Positions 30,035 through 41,232 of a stretch of DNA of 64,000 bases are shown piece by piece. The position numbers and the translations under genes were made by a program. The notes beneath the pieces were generated by a model that had not been told where the DNA came from, searched no databases, and saw only the letters and a list, made by a program, of their open reading frames with translations. The first letter of the stretch is position 1; every line of letters starts with the position of its first letter. The DNA comes from an uncultured Candidatus Saccharibacteria bacterium (GTDB lineage: Bacteria > Patescibacteriota > Minisyncoccia > Phycocordibacterales > UBA9973), in assembly GCA_964398205.1 (NCBI GenBank), contig CAYNLU010000003.1, positions 215 through 64,214 of the forward strand, read 5' to 3'.

Positions 30035-33000
30035 ATGCAAAAAGATACAAAACGACCAAAAAAGTATTTTGCAAGGTATAAGGATCCTTTGGTACCTTAT
30101 CCTCAATTAATAGAATCTCAACTAAAGTCATTCAAATGGCTAGTAGAAGAGGGAATAAAAGAAGTTTTTAAAGAGTTCTCTCCGATATCTGATTATTCAG
30201 GTAAAAAATTTGATTTAGAGTTCACTTCTTTTTCTTTAAGTGATCCTAAAGAAGATGAAAACTATACAAAGATAAATAAGGTATCTTATCAAGGGCAATT
30301 AAAAGCTCGTGTTAAGCTTACAAATAAAATCCTAAACTCTGTAAAAGAGCAGGAGATTTTTATGTCTGATTTACCGATGATGACTAGTCACGGTACTTTT
30401 ATTATTAATGGTGTAGAAAGAGTGATAGTTCCGCAATTAGCTCGTAGTTTCGGAGTATTTTTCACTGAAAGTGAGAGTAAAGGTAAAAGATATTTTGGTG
30501 CTAAAGTTATACCTGCTCGTGGAGTTTGGATTGAAATAGAATCTGAATCTGACGGAGGTATTTATGTTCGTATTGATAAAAAAAGAAAATTCCCAGTTTC
30601 ATTATTGTTGCGTGCTTTAGGAGCAGACTCTAATGAAAAAATATTAAAAGCTTTTTCTGATAATGAAGTTTTGTTAGCTGGTATTAAAGAAGCTTTAGCT
30701 AAAGATAATACTAAAACTTTAGATGAAAATTATATTGAAATTTACAAGAGACTTCGTGATGGAGATATGGCAAGTCCTGAAAATGCACGTGAATTCGTAG
30801 ATTCTCTATTTATAAAAGACAGATATGACCTTTCTCCTGTTGGACGTTATCGTTTCAATCAAAGATTTGGTAAAAATATGGATAAGGCTGAATTAGAAAG
30901 AAGAACTTTATCTTTAGACGATATGTTTTCTATTGTTCGTCATATTTTAACTTTGAACAATGATGCTTTTGCAAAAGCTGACGATATCGATCACTTAGGT
31001 CAACGTCGTGTACGTTTTGTTGGAGAAATGTTACAACAAAAGATTCGTACAGGTATGATGCAAATCAAGAGAAATATTCAAGACCGTATGTCTATTATTG
31101 ATGTAGATAGTGCTTTGCCTATTCATATCATCAACCAAAGACCTCTACAAGCTCGTATTAAAGAATTTTTCACAACCAACCAACTTTCTCAATTTATGAG
31201 TCAAGAAAACGTACTTGCAGAAATGGAGCATATTCGTTTGCTTTCAGCTCTAGGACCTGGAGGTCTTACTCGTGAACGTGCAGGTCTAGAAGTTCGTGAC
31301 GTGCATCCTTCTCACTACGGACGTGTTTGTCCTATTCATACTCCTGAAGGACCGAATATCGGTTTGATTGTTCACTTGTCTACTTATGCAAAGATTAATG
31401 ATTTCGGTATTATTGAAACTCCTTATATTAAAGTTAAAAACGGTAAAATTACAGGAGAAATGGTTTATTTGAATGCTCTTGAAGAAGAAAAACACAACAT
31501 CGCTCATGCTGCAACTCCTTATGATGATAATGGTAAAATCACAGTAGAAAAAGTTGCTGCTCGTATTAAAACAGAGCCAGGTGAAGTTTCTCGTGATGAG
31601 ATAGATTTCATTGATGTTGCGCCGAATCAAGCTTTCTCTCTTGCGACTTCTATGATTCCTTTCTTGGAACATAACGATGCTAACCGTGCACTGATGGGAA
31701 GTAACATGCAAAAGCAAGCTGTGCCTTGTGTATTACCTGATCAACCTTTAGTTGCAACTGGTATTGAAGCACTAGTTGCTCGTGATGGAGGTAGAATAGT
31801 TATTGCTACAGAAGACGGAGTTGTAAAATACGTTGATGGTAGAAAAATAATTGTTGAAGGTAAAAAAGAACATACTTATGAATTGATAAATTATTTAAGA
31901 AATAACAACTTCTCAGTATTTCATCAAAGACCAATCGTCAACGTTGGTGATAAAGTTAAAAAAGGAGATGTGCTTGCTGATACTTCAAGTACAAAAGGTG
32001 GGGAAGCAGCACTTGGTCAAAACGTGCGCGTAGCTTTTCTTTCTTGGTCTGGAGCAAACTACGAAGACGCGATCATCCTTTCTGAAAGAATGGTTAAAAA
32101 TAGTAAATTTACAAGTATTTATGTTGAAGAATTTATTGCTATTGTGCGTGATACTAAACTTGGTCCAGAAGTAACTACTCGTGATATACCTAACGTTGGA
32201 GAATTAAAACTTAAAGATTTGGATGAAGACGGTATTATCCGTATTGGAGCAGAGGTTCGTGAAAATGATATTTTAGTAGGTAAAATTACTCCAAAAGGTG
32301 AAACAGAATTAACTCCAGAAGAAAGATTGTTACGTTCTATATTTGCTGATAAAGCTCGTGACGTAAAAGATACTTCACTGCGCGTAGAACACGGTAAAAG
32401 AGGACGTGTTATCGGAGTAAAGATTTTCTCTCGTGAAATGGGTCATCAATTAGAAGCAGGTATTATTAAGAAAATAGTGATTGAGGTTGCTCAAGTTAGA
32501 AATATTTCTGTTGGAGATAAGCTTTCAGGACGTCACGGTAACAAAGGTGTTATTTCTCTAATATTACCAGAAGAAGATATGCCATACATGGCAGATGGAA
32601 CTCCTATCGATGTGATACTTTCACCGCTTGGTGTTCCTTCTCGTATGAACTTAGGACAAATTTTAGAAATTCATCTCGGACTTGCTGCTAATACTTTAGG
32701 TTATCAAGCAATTATTCCTCCTTTCTTGGGAGCAAAAAGAGAAGAAATTCAAGAAGAATTGAAAAAAGCTGGTTATCCAGAAAACGGACGTTTAACTCTT
32801 TATGATGGAAGAACAGGTGAACCATTTGAACAAGACGTAGCTGTAGGTTATATGCATATGCTTAAACTGCACCACATGGTAGAAGACAAGATTCATATGC
32901 GTTCTATTGGTCCGTACTCTCTAATCACTCAACAACCATTAGGAGGTAAAGCTCAAGGTGGAGGACAAAGATTTGGAGAAATGGAAGTGTGGGCTTTAGA

Positions 33001-33190
33001 AGGTTACGGTGCGGCTTATTCACTTCGTGAAATGCTTACAATCAAGTCTGACGATATACAAGGTCGATCTATGACATTCGATTCTATTATTAAAAACGAA
33101 ACAATCAAGGCTCCAAATTCTCCTGCATCATTCAATGTTATGCTCAATTATTTAAGAGGTCTTGCATTAGACGTTAATCTAAAGAAATAA
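30035..33190 (+). CDS. rpoB: DNA-directed RNA polymerase subunit beta
   Basis: GTFIINGVERV, DDIDHLG, TPEGPNIGL, GDKLSGRHGNKG, GGQRFGEMEVWALE; ATG 30035 preferred to TTG 29990. Confidence 0.98.
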   Translation: MQKDTKRPKKYFARYKDPLVPYPQLIESQLKSFKWLVEEGIKEVFKEFSPISDYSGKKFDLEFTSFSLSDPKEDENYTKINKVSYQGQLKARVKLTNKILNSVKEQEIFMSDLPMMTSHGTFIINGVERVIVPQLARSFGVFFTESESKGKRYFGAKVIPARGVWIEIESESDGGIYVRIDKKRKFPVSLLLRALGADSNEKILKAFSDNEVLLAGIKEALAKDNTKTLDENYIEIYKRLRDGDMASPENAREFVDSLFIKDRYDLSPVGRYRFNQRFGKNMDKAELERRTLSLDDMFSIVRHILTLNNDAFAKADDIDHLGQRRVRFVGEMLQQKIRTGMMQIKRNIQDRMSIIDVDSALPIHIINQRPLQARIKEFFTTNQLSQFMSQENVLAEMEHIRLLSALGPGGLTRERAGLEVRDVHPSHYGRVCPIHTPEGPNIGLIVHLSTYAKINDFGIIETPYIKVKNGKITGEMVYLNALEEEKHNIAHAATPYDDNGKITVEKVAARIKTEPGEVSRDEIDFIDVAPNQAFSLATSMIPFLEHNDANRALMGSNMQKQAVPCVLPDQPLVATGIEALVARDGGRIVIATEDGVVKYVDGRKIIVEGKKEHTYELINYLRNNNFSVFHQRPIVNVGDKVKKGDVLADTSSTKGGEAALGQNVRVAFLSWSGANYEDAIILSERMVKNSKFTSIYVEEFIAIVRDTKLGPEVTTRDIPNVGELKLKDLDEDGIIRIGAEVRENDILVGKITPKGETELTPEERLLRSIFADKARDVKDTSLRVEHGKRGRVIGVKIFSREMGHQLEAGIIKKIVIEVAQVRNISVGDKLSGRHGNKGVISLILPEEDMPYMADGTPIDVILSPLGVPSRMNLGQILEIHLGLAANTLGYQAIIPPFLGAKREEIQEELKKAGYPENGRLTLYDGRTGEPFEQDVAVGYMHMLKLHHMVEDKIHMRSIGPYSLITQQPLGGKAQGGGQRFGEMEVWALEGYGAAYSLREMLTIKSDDIQGRSMTFDSIIKNETIKAPNSPASFNVMLNYLRGLALDVNLKK

Positions 33191-33193
33191 AAT

Positions 33194-36100
33194 ATGAAAA
33201 CATTAAACACAACTGATTTTAATGAAATAGAGTTAAAGATAGCCTCTCCAGAGCAAATCAAAGAATGGTCTTATGGAGAAGTTACTAAACCTGAAACGAT
33301 AAATTATCGTACAGGTCGCAGTGAACGCGGAGGTCTTTTTGACGAAAAGATTTTCGGTCCAGAAAAAGATTATGAATGTTACTGTGGAAAGTATCGCCGT
33401 ATTCGTTACAAAGATATTATCTGTGAAAAATGTGGAGTTGAAGTAACTCGTTCTATTGTACGTCGTGAAAGAATGGGTCACATAGAGCTTGCTACTCCAG
33501 TTGCGCATATTTGGTTCTTGCGTGGAGTTCCTTCTCGTATGAGTATATTGCTTAATATTTCAGTATCTGATTTAGAAAAAGTTATCTATTTTGCAGGATA
33601 TATTATCACTAAAGTTCACGAAGAAGAAAAACAAAATGTTATTTCAGAATTAGAAAAAGAATACAAGAGTAAACTAAAAACTTCTCAAGATGAAGAAACT
33701 CGTGAAAAGTTAAAAAACTTACTTGCTGTTACTAAAAAAGAAATCAATGAAATTTATGAAGGTAAAGTTTTGAATGAAATTTCTTTCCATCATTATTCTT
33801 TGAAATACGGTCCTTGCTTTGAAGCAAATATTGGAGCTGAAGCTATTTATTCTATTTTTAAAAATTTAGATTTAAATAAATTAAAAGCTCATACTGAAGA
33901 AATGATCAAAAAGGCAAGTCCTCTTGAAAAAGAGAAATTGCAAAAGAGACTTTCTCTTATTCGTGCTATGCTTTACGCAGATTTGCGTCCAGAATGGATG
34001 TTCTTATCTGTAATTCCAGTTATACCTCCAGTATTACGCCCTATGGTTGCTTTAGATGGAGGGCGTCATGCTACAAGTGATCTAAACGATCTTTATCGTC
34101 GTGTTATCAATAGAAATAATCGTCTAAAGAAATTAAAAGAAATTAATGCTCCAGACGTTATTCTTAGAAATGAAAAAAGAATTATTCAAGAAGCTGTAGA
34201 TGCTCTTATTGATAACTCAATTGCCAAGCAAAATGATTCTCAAGCTGTTAGTCAATCTCAAAAGAGACCTCTTAAGTCTTTGGCTGATAACTTAAAATCA
34301 AAGCAAGGTCTTTTCCGTGCAAACTTACTTGGTAAGCGTGTAGACTATTCTGCTCGTTCTGTAATTGTTGGAGGACCTCAATTAAAGTTAAATCAATGTG
34401 GTTTACCTAAACATATGGCTTTGGAATTATTTAAACCTTTTGTAATTTCAAAAATTCTGCAAGCTGAACTTGCTTTCAATATTCGTGGAGCAAATAAATT
34501 GATTGAAGAAAGAACTCCTGAAGTTTGGGCAATGTTAGAAGAAGTTATTGAAGGCAAATATGTACTTCTTAACCGTGCACCAACTTTGCACCGTCTAGGT
34601 ATTCAAGCTTTTAACCCAATTTTGATTGAAGGTAATGCAATTCAAGTTCATCCGCTTGTTTGTCAGGCTTTCAACGCTGACTTCGACGGAGACCAAATGG
34701 CTGTGTATCTTCCTTTATCAGTTGAAGCTCAAGATGAAGCTCGTGAATTGATGGCTGCAAATAAAAACTTGCTTAAGCCTCAAAACGGAGATCCGATCGC
34801 TAACCCTCGCATGGATATGGTATTAGGAGCATTCTGGATGACTAAAGGGGTTGATGGTGAAACTGGAGAAGGAAAATATTTCTCAAGCCCAAATGCTGCG
34901 ATCACTGCTTATGAATACGGAGTAGTGTCATTACGTGCTAAAATCAAAGTTTTAGCAACTGATACTCCAAAATATAAAAACCTAGGAGGACAAATTTTTG
35001 AAACTACTGTAGGTAAGTTGCTTTTCAATAGTATTTTACCAAATGATTTCCTTTATGTTGGTGAGGAAATGAGTCAAAAGAGATTGTCTCTTTTAGTTGA
35101 TGAAATGATTATGCATTACGGTATTGATGAAACTCCAAAAGTCCTCGATGCGATTAAGGCTTTCGGTTATAAGTACGCTACAATTTCAGGTACAACTTGG
35201 GGTCTTGATAATGTTACTGTGCCAGAAGAAAAGAAAGAAATTATTAAATCTGCGAAAGCTGCTGAAGAACAAGTTCGCAGTGAATGGAATGATGGTTTGC
35301 TTTCTGACAATGAAAAATATCAAAAGATTATTGAAATCTGGACTCGTGCTAAAAAAGATTTAGAAAAAATATTACCTAATACTTTGGATAAAAACGGATC
35401 TACTTATGATTTGTTTACTTCTGGAGCAAGAGGTACTATGACTTCTCTTTCTCAAATGACAGGTATGAAAGGGCTTATTCAAAATAACCAAGGTAAAACT
35501 TTGGAATTTCCAATCATCCCTTCATATCAAGAAGGATTATCTCCGATTGAATATTTCGTTGCTACTCACGGTGCTCGTAAGGGTGCTTCTGATACTGCTC
35601 TTAATACCGCAAAAGCTGGTTATTTGACTCGTAGATTGGTTGACGTTGCGCAAGATGTGGTTGTAACTGAAGAGGATTGTGGTACAAAAGAAGGCAAAAT
35701 GGTTTCTTCAGAAAATATTTCTGGTATTGAAATTCCATTATCTAAAAATATTCGTGGACGTGTATTAGCAGGAGATCTTAAAGACGAAAACGGTAATGTT
35801 CTTTATAAAAAAGGATTCTTAATAACTAAAGAAGAAGCAGTTTTGATCGAATCAAAAGGAATCAAAGAAGTATTTGTACGTTCTCCTCTTGCTTGTAAAA
35901 CTGCGCACGGACTTTGCCAAACTTGTTACGGTCTTGATTTAGGACGTAATAATTTAGTAAAACTTGGTGAAGCTGTAGGTATTATTGCTGCTCAAGCTAT
36001 TGGTGAACCGGGTACTCAGCTTACACTTCGTACTTTCCACGCTGGAGGTGTTGCAGGTACTGATATTACTCAAGGTTTGCCTCGTATTGAAGAAATTTTT

Positions 36101-36823
36101 GAAAAGAGAACTCCTAAGAATGGAGCTGTAGTTTCTCAAACTAAAGGAGAAGTAATCGAAGTTAAAGATAAAGAAGGGGAAGCTAGAATCATTAAAGTTT
36201 TATCCGATGTTAAAGCTGATTCTTTGAAATCTTCTTCAAGTGAAATCGAATACGTTATCCCTCCTTATAGAATTCCAGTAGTAAAAGTAGGCGACAAAGT
36301 AGTAGAAGGTGAATTATTGACTGATGGTTCTGCTGATATTTCTGAAGTATTTAAATATGGAGGAAAAGATAAAGTTGAAGAATATATAATTCGTGAAATA
36401 AATAAAGTTTATGAATTACAAAGTGCTTCTATTTCTCGTAAACATACTGAAATCATAGTTCGTCAAATGTTCTCAAGAAAGAGAATTAAAGAAGCTGGCG
36501 AAACTAATTTCTCTATTGGTGATATTGTAGAAAATACAGCATTTATCGAAGAAAATAATCGCATGAAAGCTTTAAGTAACATCGAAGCAAAAGCTGAAAC
36601 TATTGTTCTAGGTATTACTGAAGTTTCTTTGCGTACTAAGAGTTGGCTTTCTGCAGCTTCTTTCCAAAACACAAATCGTGTGCTTATTGAAAACGCTGTT
36701 AAAGGAGGAGTTGATTCTCTACGTGGACTTAAAGAAAATGTTATTATCGGTCGCTTGATTCCTGCGGGAACAGGCTTTAGAAATAAAAGCGAAGTAGTTT
36801 TCGAAGCAGAAAACGAACAATAA
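33194..36823 (+). CDS. rpoC: DNA-directed RNA polymerase subunit beta'
   Basis: NADFDGD catalytic motif, N-terminal zinc finger, GEPGTQLTLRTFH. Confidence 0.98.
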   Translation: MKTLNTTDFNEIELKIASPEQIKEWSYGEVTKPETINYRTGRSERGGLFDEKIFGPEKDYECYCGKYRRIRYKDIICEKCGVEVTRSIVRRERMGHIELATPVAHIWFLRGVPSRMSILLNISVSDLEKVIYFAGYIITKVHEEEKQNVISELEKEYKSKLKTSQDEETREKLKNLLAVTKKEINEIYEGKVLNEISFHHYSLKYGPCFEANIGAEAIYSIFKNLDLNKLKAHTEEMIKKASPLEKEKLQKRLSLIRAMLYADLRPEWMFLSVIPVIPPVLRPMVALDGGRHATSDLNDLYRRVINRNNRLKKLKEINAPDVILRNEKRIIQEAVDALIDNSIAKQNDSQAVSQSQKRPLKSLADNLKSKQGLFRANLLGKRVDYSARSVIVGGPQLKLNQCGLPKHMALELFKPFVISKILQAELAFNIRGANKLIEERTPEVWAMLEEVIEGKYVLLNRAPTLHRLGIQAFNPILIEGNAIQVHPLVCQAFNADFDGDQMAVYLPLSVEAQDEARELMAANKNLLKPQNGDPIANPRMDMVLGAFWMTKGVDGETGEGKYFSSPNAAITAYEYGVVSLRAKIKVLATDTPKYKNLGGQIFETTVGKLLFNSILPNDFLYVGEEMSQKRLSLLVDEMIMHYGIDETPKVLDAIKAFGYKYATISGTTWGLDNVTVPEEKKEIIKSAKAAEEQVRSEWNDGLLSDNEKYQKIIEIWTRAKKDLEKILPNTLDKNGSTYDLFTSGARGTMTSLSQMTGMKGLIQNNQGKTLEFPIIPSYQEGLSPIEYFVATHGARKGASDTALNTAKAGYLTRRLVDVAQDVVVTEEDCGTKEGKMVSSENISGIEIPLSKNIRGRVLAGDLKDENGNVLYKKGFLITKEEAVLIESKGIKEVFVRSPLACKTAHGLCQTCYGLDLGRNNLVKLGEAVGIIAAQAIGEPGTQLTLRTFHAGGVAGTDITQGLPRIEEIFEKRTPKNGAVVSQTKGEVIEVKDKEGEARIIKVLSDVKADSLKSSSSEIEYVIPPYRIPVVKVGDKVVEGELLTDGSADISEVFKYGGKDKVEEYIIREINKVYELQSASISRKHTEIIVRQMFSRKRIKEAGETNFSIGDIVENTAFIEENNRMKALSNIEAKAETIVLGITEVSLRTKSWLSAASFQNTNRVLIENAVKGGVDSLRGLKENVIIGRLIPAGTGFRNKSEVVFEAENEQ

Positions 36824-36829
36824 AATAAT

Positions 36830-38590
36830 ATGAACTCTCCTGTAAATCAAATCAAGGAGAGACTAACAATAGAAGAAGTGGTCTCTTCATATATACCTTT
36901 AGTTAAGGTGGGGAATACTTTGAAAGCAAAGTGTCCTTTTCACAATGAAAAGACCCCTTCTTTCTTTGTTTCTAATGAAAGAAGTAGTTATTATTGTTTC
37001 GGTTGCGGTAAAGGTGGAGACATTTTTAATTTCGTAGAAGAGTTCGAAGGTTTAGATTTTAAAGGTGCGCTAAAATTACTTGCAGATAAAGCCAACGTAT
37101 CTTTGTATGATTTTAAAGATGAAAATAAAGATGAAAAAGATGAACTTTATACTGTAATGGAAGAAGCGACTTTGTATTTTGAAAATAATTTGAAAAATAA
37201 CAAAAATGCTTTAGATTATCTAAACAAAAGAGGTTTGACCAATGAAACTATTTTAAATTTTAGATTAGGATTTGCTAATGATGCTTGGAGAGATTTAGTA
37301 AATTATCTTCTAACTAAAAATTTTAAATATGAAATCGTTGCTAAAGCCGGACTTATAAAGAAAAAAGATGAAAATGATAAAGACTATTCTAAAGCTTATG
37401 ATCGTTTTCGTTTTCGTATAATGTTTCCGATTATGGATAGTAGTGGTAGAGTGATTGCTTTTTCTGGAAGATATTTAGGTCAAGATGATAAGATTGCAAA
37501 ATATTTAAATAGCCCCGAAACTCCAATTTTTAATAAAAGTAGAGTTTTGTACGGGTTAAATTTTGCTAAAGAATTTATTCGCAAGAATACCTTTTCGATT
37601 TTAGTTGAAGGTCAAATGGATTTAATTCTTTCTCATCAAAATGGATTTAAAAATACAGTAGCAACTTCAGGTACAGCTATGTCTGGAGAGATTTTAGATA
37701 AGGCTAATAACGTTTCTAATTTAGGTTTAGTTAAACGATTGGCTAATAATATCGTAGTTGCTTTTGATGGAGATAAAGCTGGTATTAATGCTACCAAAAG
37801 GGCAAGTAAGATTGCTTTAGAACTAGGGATGGATATTAAAGTTACTGATATTAAAGACGGTTTAGATCCTGCCGATTTTATTTTAAAATACGGTAAAGAT
37901 GAATGGAAGAATGTGATTCGGAATTCTAAACACATTATAGAATCTATATTAGATAGTATTTTAAAGAATTTTGGTAATGATAGTCGCAAAATTGGTAAAA
38001 ATATTAATGAAGAACTATTGCCTTATTTATTATTATTAAGTAGCGATATTGATAAAAATCATTTCTTGAATTTAATTTCTAAGAAAACTTTAATTCCAAT
38101 TGAAGCTTTAAAGAATGATTTAGAAAAAATTAAAAATACAAATCAAAGTATATTTATAAATGATAATAAAGTAAATCCGTTTTTAAATACTGAAACAGAT
38201 GACTATATTAGTCGAGAGAAAAGAATTATAGGTTGGTTGATAGGTATAGTTTTTTGGCAAAAAGAAATCAAAGATAATATTCCAAATTTAGATAAATTTA
38301 TTAAAATTGTTGAAGATATTTTAAACAATAAATTAGAAAATATCTTAGAAAATAGACAAATTAATAAAGAAGAACTTGTGTTTAAAGTAGAAGAATTCTA
38401 TAGTAATAAGGATACCGGGTTCATAGAAATGGATATACAAGAATTGATTAAAGAGTTAAAGATATTATCATTAGAGCAAAAAGCTAAAGATATGGAAAAT
38501 GATTTAAATAATATAGAAATATTAACAGCATATAATCAGATTAAAATTCAAATAGAAGATATTAAAAACGGTCGCTTTAATTTTTATTAA
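36830..38590 (+). CDS. dnaG: DNA primase
   Basis: [15 protein letters not shown] zinc finger, [24 protein letters not shown]. Confidence 0.96.
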   Translation: MNSPVNQIKERLTIEEVVSSYIPLVKVGNTLKAKCPFHNEKTPSFFVSNERSSYYCFGCGKGGDIFNFVEEFEGLDFKGALKLLADKANVSLYDFKDENKDEKDELYTVMEEATLYFENNLKNNKNALDYLNKRGLTNETILNFRLGFANDAWRDLVNYLLTKNFKYEIVAKAGLIKKKDENDKDYSKAYDRFRFRIMFPIMDSSGRVIAFSGRYLGQDDKIAKYLNSPETPIFNKSRVLYGLNFAKEFIRKNTFSILVEGQMDLILSHQNGFKNTVATSGTAMSGEILDKANNVSNLGLVKRLANNIVVAFDGDKAGINATKRASKIALELGMDIKVTDIKDGLDPADFILKYGKDEWKNVIRNSKHIIESILDSILKNFGNDSRKIGKNINEELLPYLLLLSSDIDKNHFLNLISKKTLIPIEALKNDLEKIKNTNQSIFINDNKVNPFLNTETDDYISREKRIIGWLIGIVFWQKEIKDNIPNLDKFIKIVEDILNNKLENILENRQINKEELVFKVEEFYSNKDTGFIEMDIQELIKELKILSLEQKAKDMENDLNNIEILTAYNQIKIQIEDIKNGRFNFY

Positions 38591-38595
38591 GACAT

Positions 38596-39921
38596 ATGAA
38601 GAAAAAAAATATTCAAAAAACAAAAACAGCTAAGGTAATTAAAAAAGTTGCTAAAGTAGTAGCTAAAAAAGCAAAACCTAAAGCAAAGGTAGCTAAAAAG
38701 CTTGTTAAGAAAGTTATCAAAAAAGCTAAGCCTGTAAAAAAAGCTAAAAAAATAAAACCTAGCAAAGTTAAAAAAGTTGTTTCTAAAAAAACTAAAGTTA
38801 ATACTTTGAAAAAAGAAGTTAAAGAAACACCAAAGAAATTAACTGCTGCTGAAAGAAAGCAAGAAGAATTAGAAAACAAGAAACAAGTTTTAATAGAAAA
38901 AGGGAAGAAGAGAGGTTTTATTACTTATGATGAAATCTTAAAAGCTTTTCCTGATATTGAAAATAATATTTTTTTCTTAGATGAGCTTTATGAAAGTTTT
39001 GCTACTTCCGGTATCGATGTATTGGAGGGGGGTAATTTATTAAATCTAGATGCAGATCAAGACGTTAAAGATTTATTGAAAAATGCGAATCATGATTCTA
39101 TCCAAATGTATCTTAAAGAAATAGGTCAATATCCTCTTATTTATGCTCAAGAAGAAAAAGATTTAGCAAAAAGAATAGAACAAGGTGACGAAGAAGCTAA
39201 AAACTTGCTTGCTCGCGCAAACTTACGTTTGGTGGTTTCTATTGCTAAAAAATACGTAGGCCGTAGTGCTAATTTATCTTTGCTTGATTTAATTCAAGAA
39301 GGGAATTTAGGTCTTTTTAAAGCTGTAGAAAAATTTGATTGGAATAAAGGTTTTAAATTCTCCACTTATGCGACTTGGTGGATTCGTCAATCTATAACTC
39401 GTGCCCTCGCTGATCAATCTCGTACTATTCGTATTCCTGTACACATGGTTGAAACTATTTCTAAATACAAGCAAATTCATCGTAAACTCAGTCAAGATTT
39501 AGGTCGTGAGCCTTTAGCTGAAGAAATAGCAACTGAGATGGGTATACCGGTAGAGAAGATTCACGTTATTGAAAATATTTCTCAAGATACAGTATCTTTA
39601 GAGCAACCTATTGGAGATGATGACGATAAATCTACTTTAGAAAATTTCATTTCAGATGATAAAATATTGCGTCCTGATCAAGAATCTTCACGCCGTATTT
39701 TATCTGATCAAATTCGTGAAGTTTTAGATGAACTTAATCCAAAAGAAAGAAAGATTTTAGAAATGCGTTATGGTTTAATAGATGGCATTCAACATACTTT
39801 AGAAAAAGTAGGGGAAGAATTCGGAGTTACCCGAGAACGTATTCGTCAAATCGAAGCTAAGGTTCACGATAAACTTCGCTCTCATGAAAAAATCGCAAGA
39901 CTTAAAAACTATTTTGACTAA
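38596..39921 (+). CDS. rpoD: RNA polymerase primary sigma factor with Lys-rich N-terminal extension
   Basis: [45 protein letters not shown]; follows dnaG. Confidence 0.95.
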   Translation: MKKKNIQKTKTAKVIKKVAKVVAKKAKPKAKVAKKLVKKVIKKAKPVKKAKKIKPSKVKKVVSKKTKVNTLKKEVKETPKKLTAAERKQEELENKKQVLIEKGKKRGFITYDEILKAFPDIENNIFFLDELYESFATSGIDVLEGGNLLNLDADQDVKDLLKNANHDSIQMYLKEIGQYPLIYAQEEKDLAKRIEQGDEEAKNLLARANLRLVVSIAKKYVGRSANLSLLDLIQEGNLGLFKAVEKFDWNKGFKFSTYATWWIRQSITRALADQSRTIRIPVHMVETISKYKQIHRKLSQDLGREPLAEEIATEMGIPVEKIHVIENISQDTVSLEQPIGDDDDKSTLENFISDDKILRPDQESSRRILSDQIREVLDELNPKERKILEMRYGLIDGIQHTLEKVGEEFGVTRERIRQIEAKVHDKLRSHEKIARLKNYFD

Positions 39922-39956
39922 ATTAAAAAACTCCCTAAATGGGAGTTTTTTAATTT
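39920..39956. terminator. bidirectional terminator between rpoD and the DsbA-family gene
   Basis: aaattaaaaaactccc-taaat-gggagttttttaattt. Confidence 0.8.
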
Positions 39957-40728
39957 AGTAATTTTTACTTAAGATGTCTAAAGCTTGTTTTAGACTTTCG
40001 TAGGGAGCGGCGCCTTCGATATTGTCTATAACTTTACCGTCGATTACTATAAAGCTTGCTGGGGTGCCTCGAACTCCAGCGATTTGGCCACTTAAGATTT
40101 GAGCTTGTATTTTTTCTTCGTAAACTTTATTCTCTACACAATCATTGAAAGCATACATAGTTAGGTCGAGATCTTCTGCTATTTGATTTATGTCTTCACT
40201 TGTAAAAGTATTATTCGACTTTGTTCTTTTATAGATTTCATCTGTAAATGCCCAGAAAAGTTGATTGCCACCTTGTTCGTATGCACATTCAGTAGCGATA
40301 GCTTCAGAGAAAGCATTAGGGTGTAAAGATTCTATAGGGAAGTGTCTATATACCCAAGCTACTTTTCCATCTGATTCTTCTACGATTTTATGCATAGTAA
40401 TATGAAACATTCTACAAAAAGGACATCCAGTATCAGAATATTCTACTATTTTTATCTTTGCATTCGGATTACCTAAAATATGATCCTCGCTAGTTATAGG
40501 AGCAAGCTCGATATCTTGCCCAGTTAATTCTTTGTTGGAGTTAGATTTTACAGATACGTTTCCTTTTGAATCTTTTAATAAAATAGCTCCGGCTATTAAG
40601 AATCCGATAACGATTATTGCACTAGCTATTGTTTTAAAAACTTCTTTTTTGTTGTTTTCCTTTGTAATAGTTATAGTTTCTTTGATTTCTATTTGTTCGA
40701 TATTATTTTCGTTTGTATTATTTTCCAT
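39955..40728 (-). CDS. membrane-anchored DsbA/BdbD-family disulfide oxidoreductase
   Basis: EYSDTGCPFC, YRHFP, GVRGTP cis-Pro motif; N-terminal TM. Confidence 0.9.
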   Translation of the reverse strand: MENNTNENNIEQIEIKETITITKENNKKEVFKTIASAIIVIGFLIAGAILLKDSKGNVSVKSNSNKELTGQDIELAPITSEDHILGNPNAKIKIVEYSDTGCPFCRMFHITMHKIVEESDGKVAWVYRHFPIESLHPNAFSEAIATECAYEQGGNQLFWAFTDEIYKRTKSNNTFTSEDINQIAEDLDLTMYAFNDCVENKVYEEKIQAQILSGQIAGVRGTPASFIVIDGKVIDNIEGAAPYESLKQALDILSKNY

Positions 40729-40849
40729 ATATTTATATTTACCTGTTAATACTTATATAATAGCATTTTTTAATACAAATAGTATAATTATATAGAAAGT
40801 TATTGTATGCTTTGTCGACAGCATATTTATTAGGAAATTTTATAAAATT

Positions 40850-41152
40850 ATGTGTACAAATTGCAATAAATGTAATCATGGATGGTGTGGATGTTCTGTA
40901 TCTAAACTTATGAAAGTTTTAGTTATAGTAGGTGCGCTTAACTGGGGATTAGTAGGTATTGGTATACTTACAGGCTCTCCTTTAAATGCAGTAAATATCC
41001 TTTTCGGCAGCACTCCTTACGCTGAAGGAGCTGTATATCTAGTAGTAGGTATTGCGGCTTTAGGTACTTTGTGGGGTTGTCGATGTAAAACTTGTATGTC
41101 TTCTTGTGCTTCTTGCTCTGTAGAAGAAAAGAAAGAAAACAAGCCTATGTAA
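40850..41152 (+). CDS. DUF378-family small membrane protein with Cys-rich termini
   Basis: LVIVGALNWGLVGI..VYLVVGIAA core; 5 Cys at each end. Confidence 0.8.
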   Translation: MCTNCNKCNHGWCGCSVSKLMKVLVIVGALNWGLVGIGILTGSPLNAVNILFGSTPYAEGAVYLVVGIAALGTLWGCRCKTCMSSCASCSVEEKKENKPM

Positions 41153-41166
41153 TAAGTCTGTTTTTT

Positions 41167-41202
41167 AAAGTAAAACACCTCCTAAGAGGTGTTTTACTTT
41201 TT
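41167..41202 (+). terminator. intrinsic terminator
   Basis: aaagtaaaacacctc-ctaa-gaggtgttttacttt. Confidence 0.8.
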
Positions 41203-41232
41203 GTCTAAAATGTGTTATATTTAAAGGATAAA

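Noticed and set aside
30035-36823. Inteins or introns in rpoB, rpoC (also checked gyrB)
   Set aside because: Lengths are normal or compact; no intein C-terminal HN-C/S/T junction at an insertion and no frame breaks were seen
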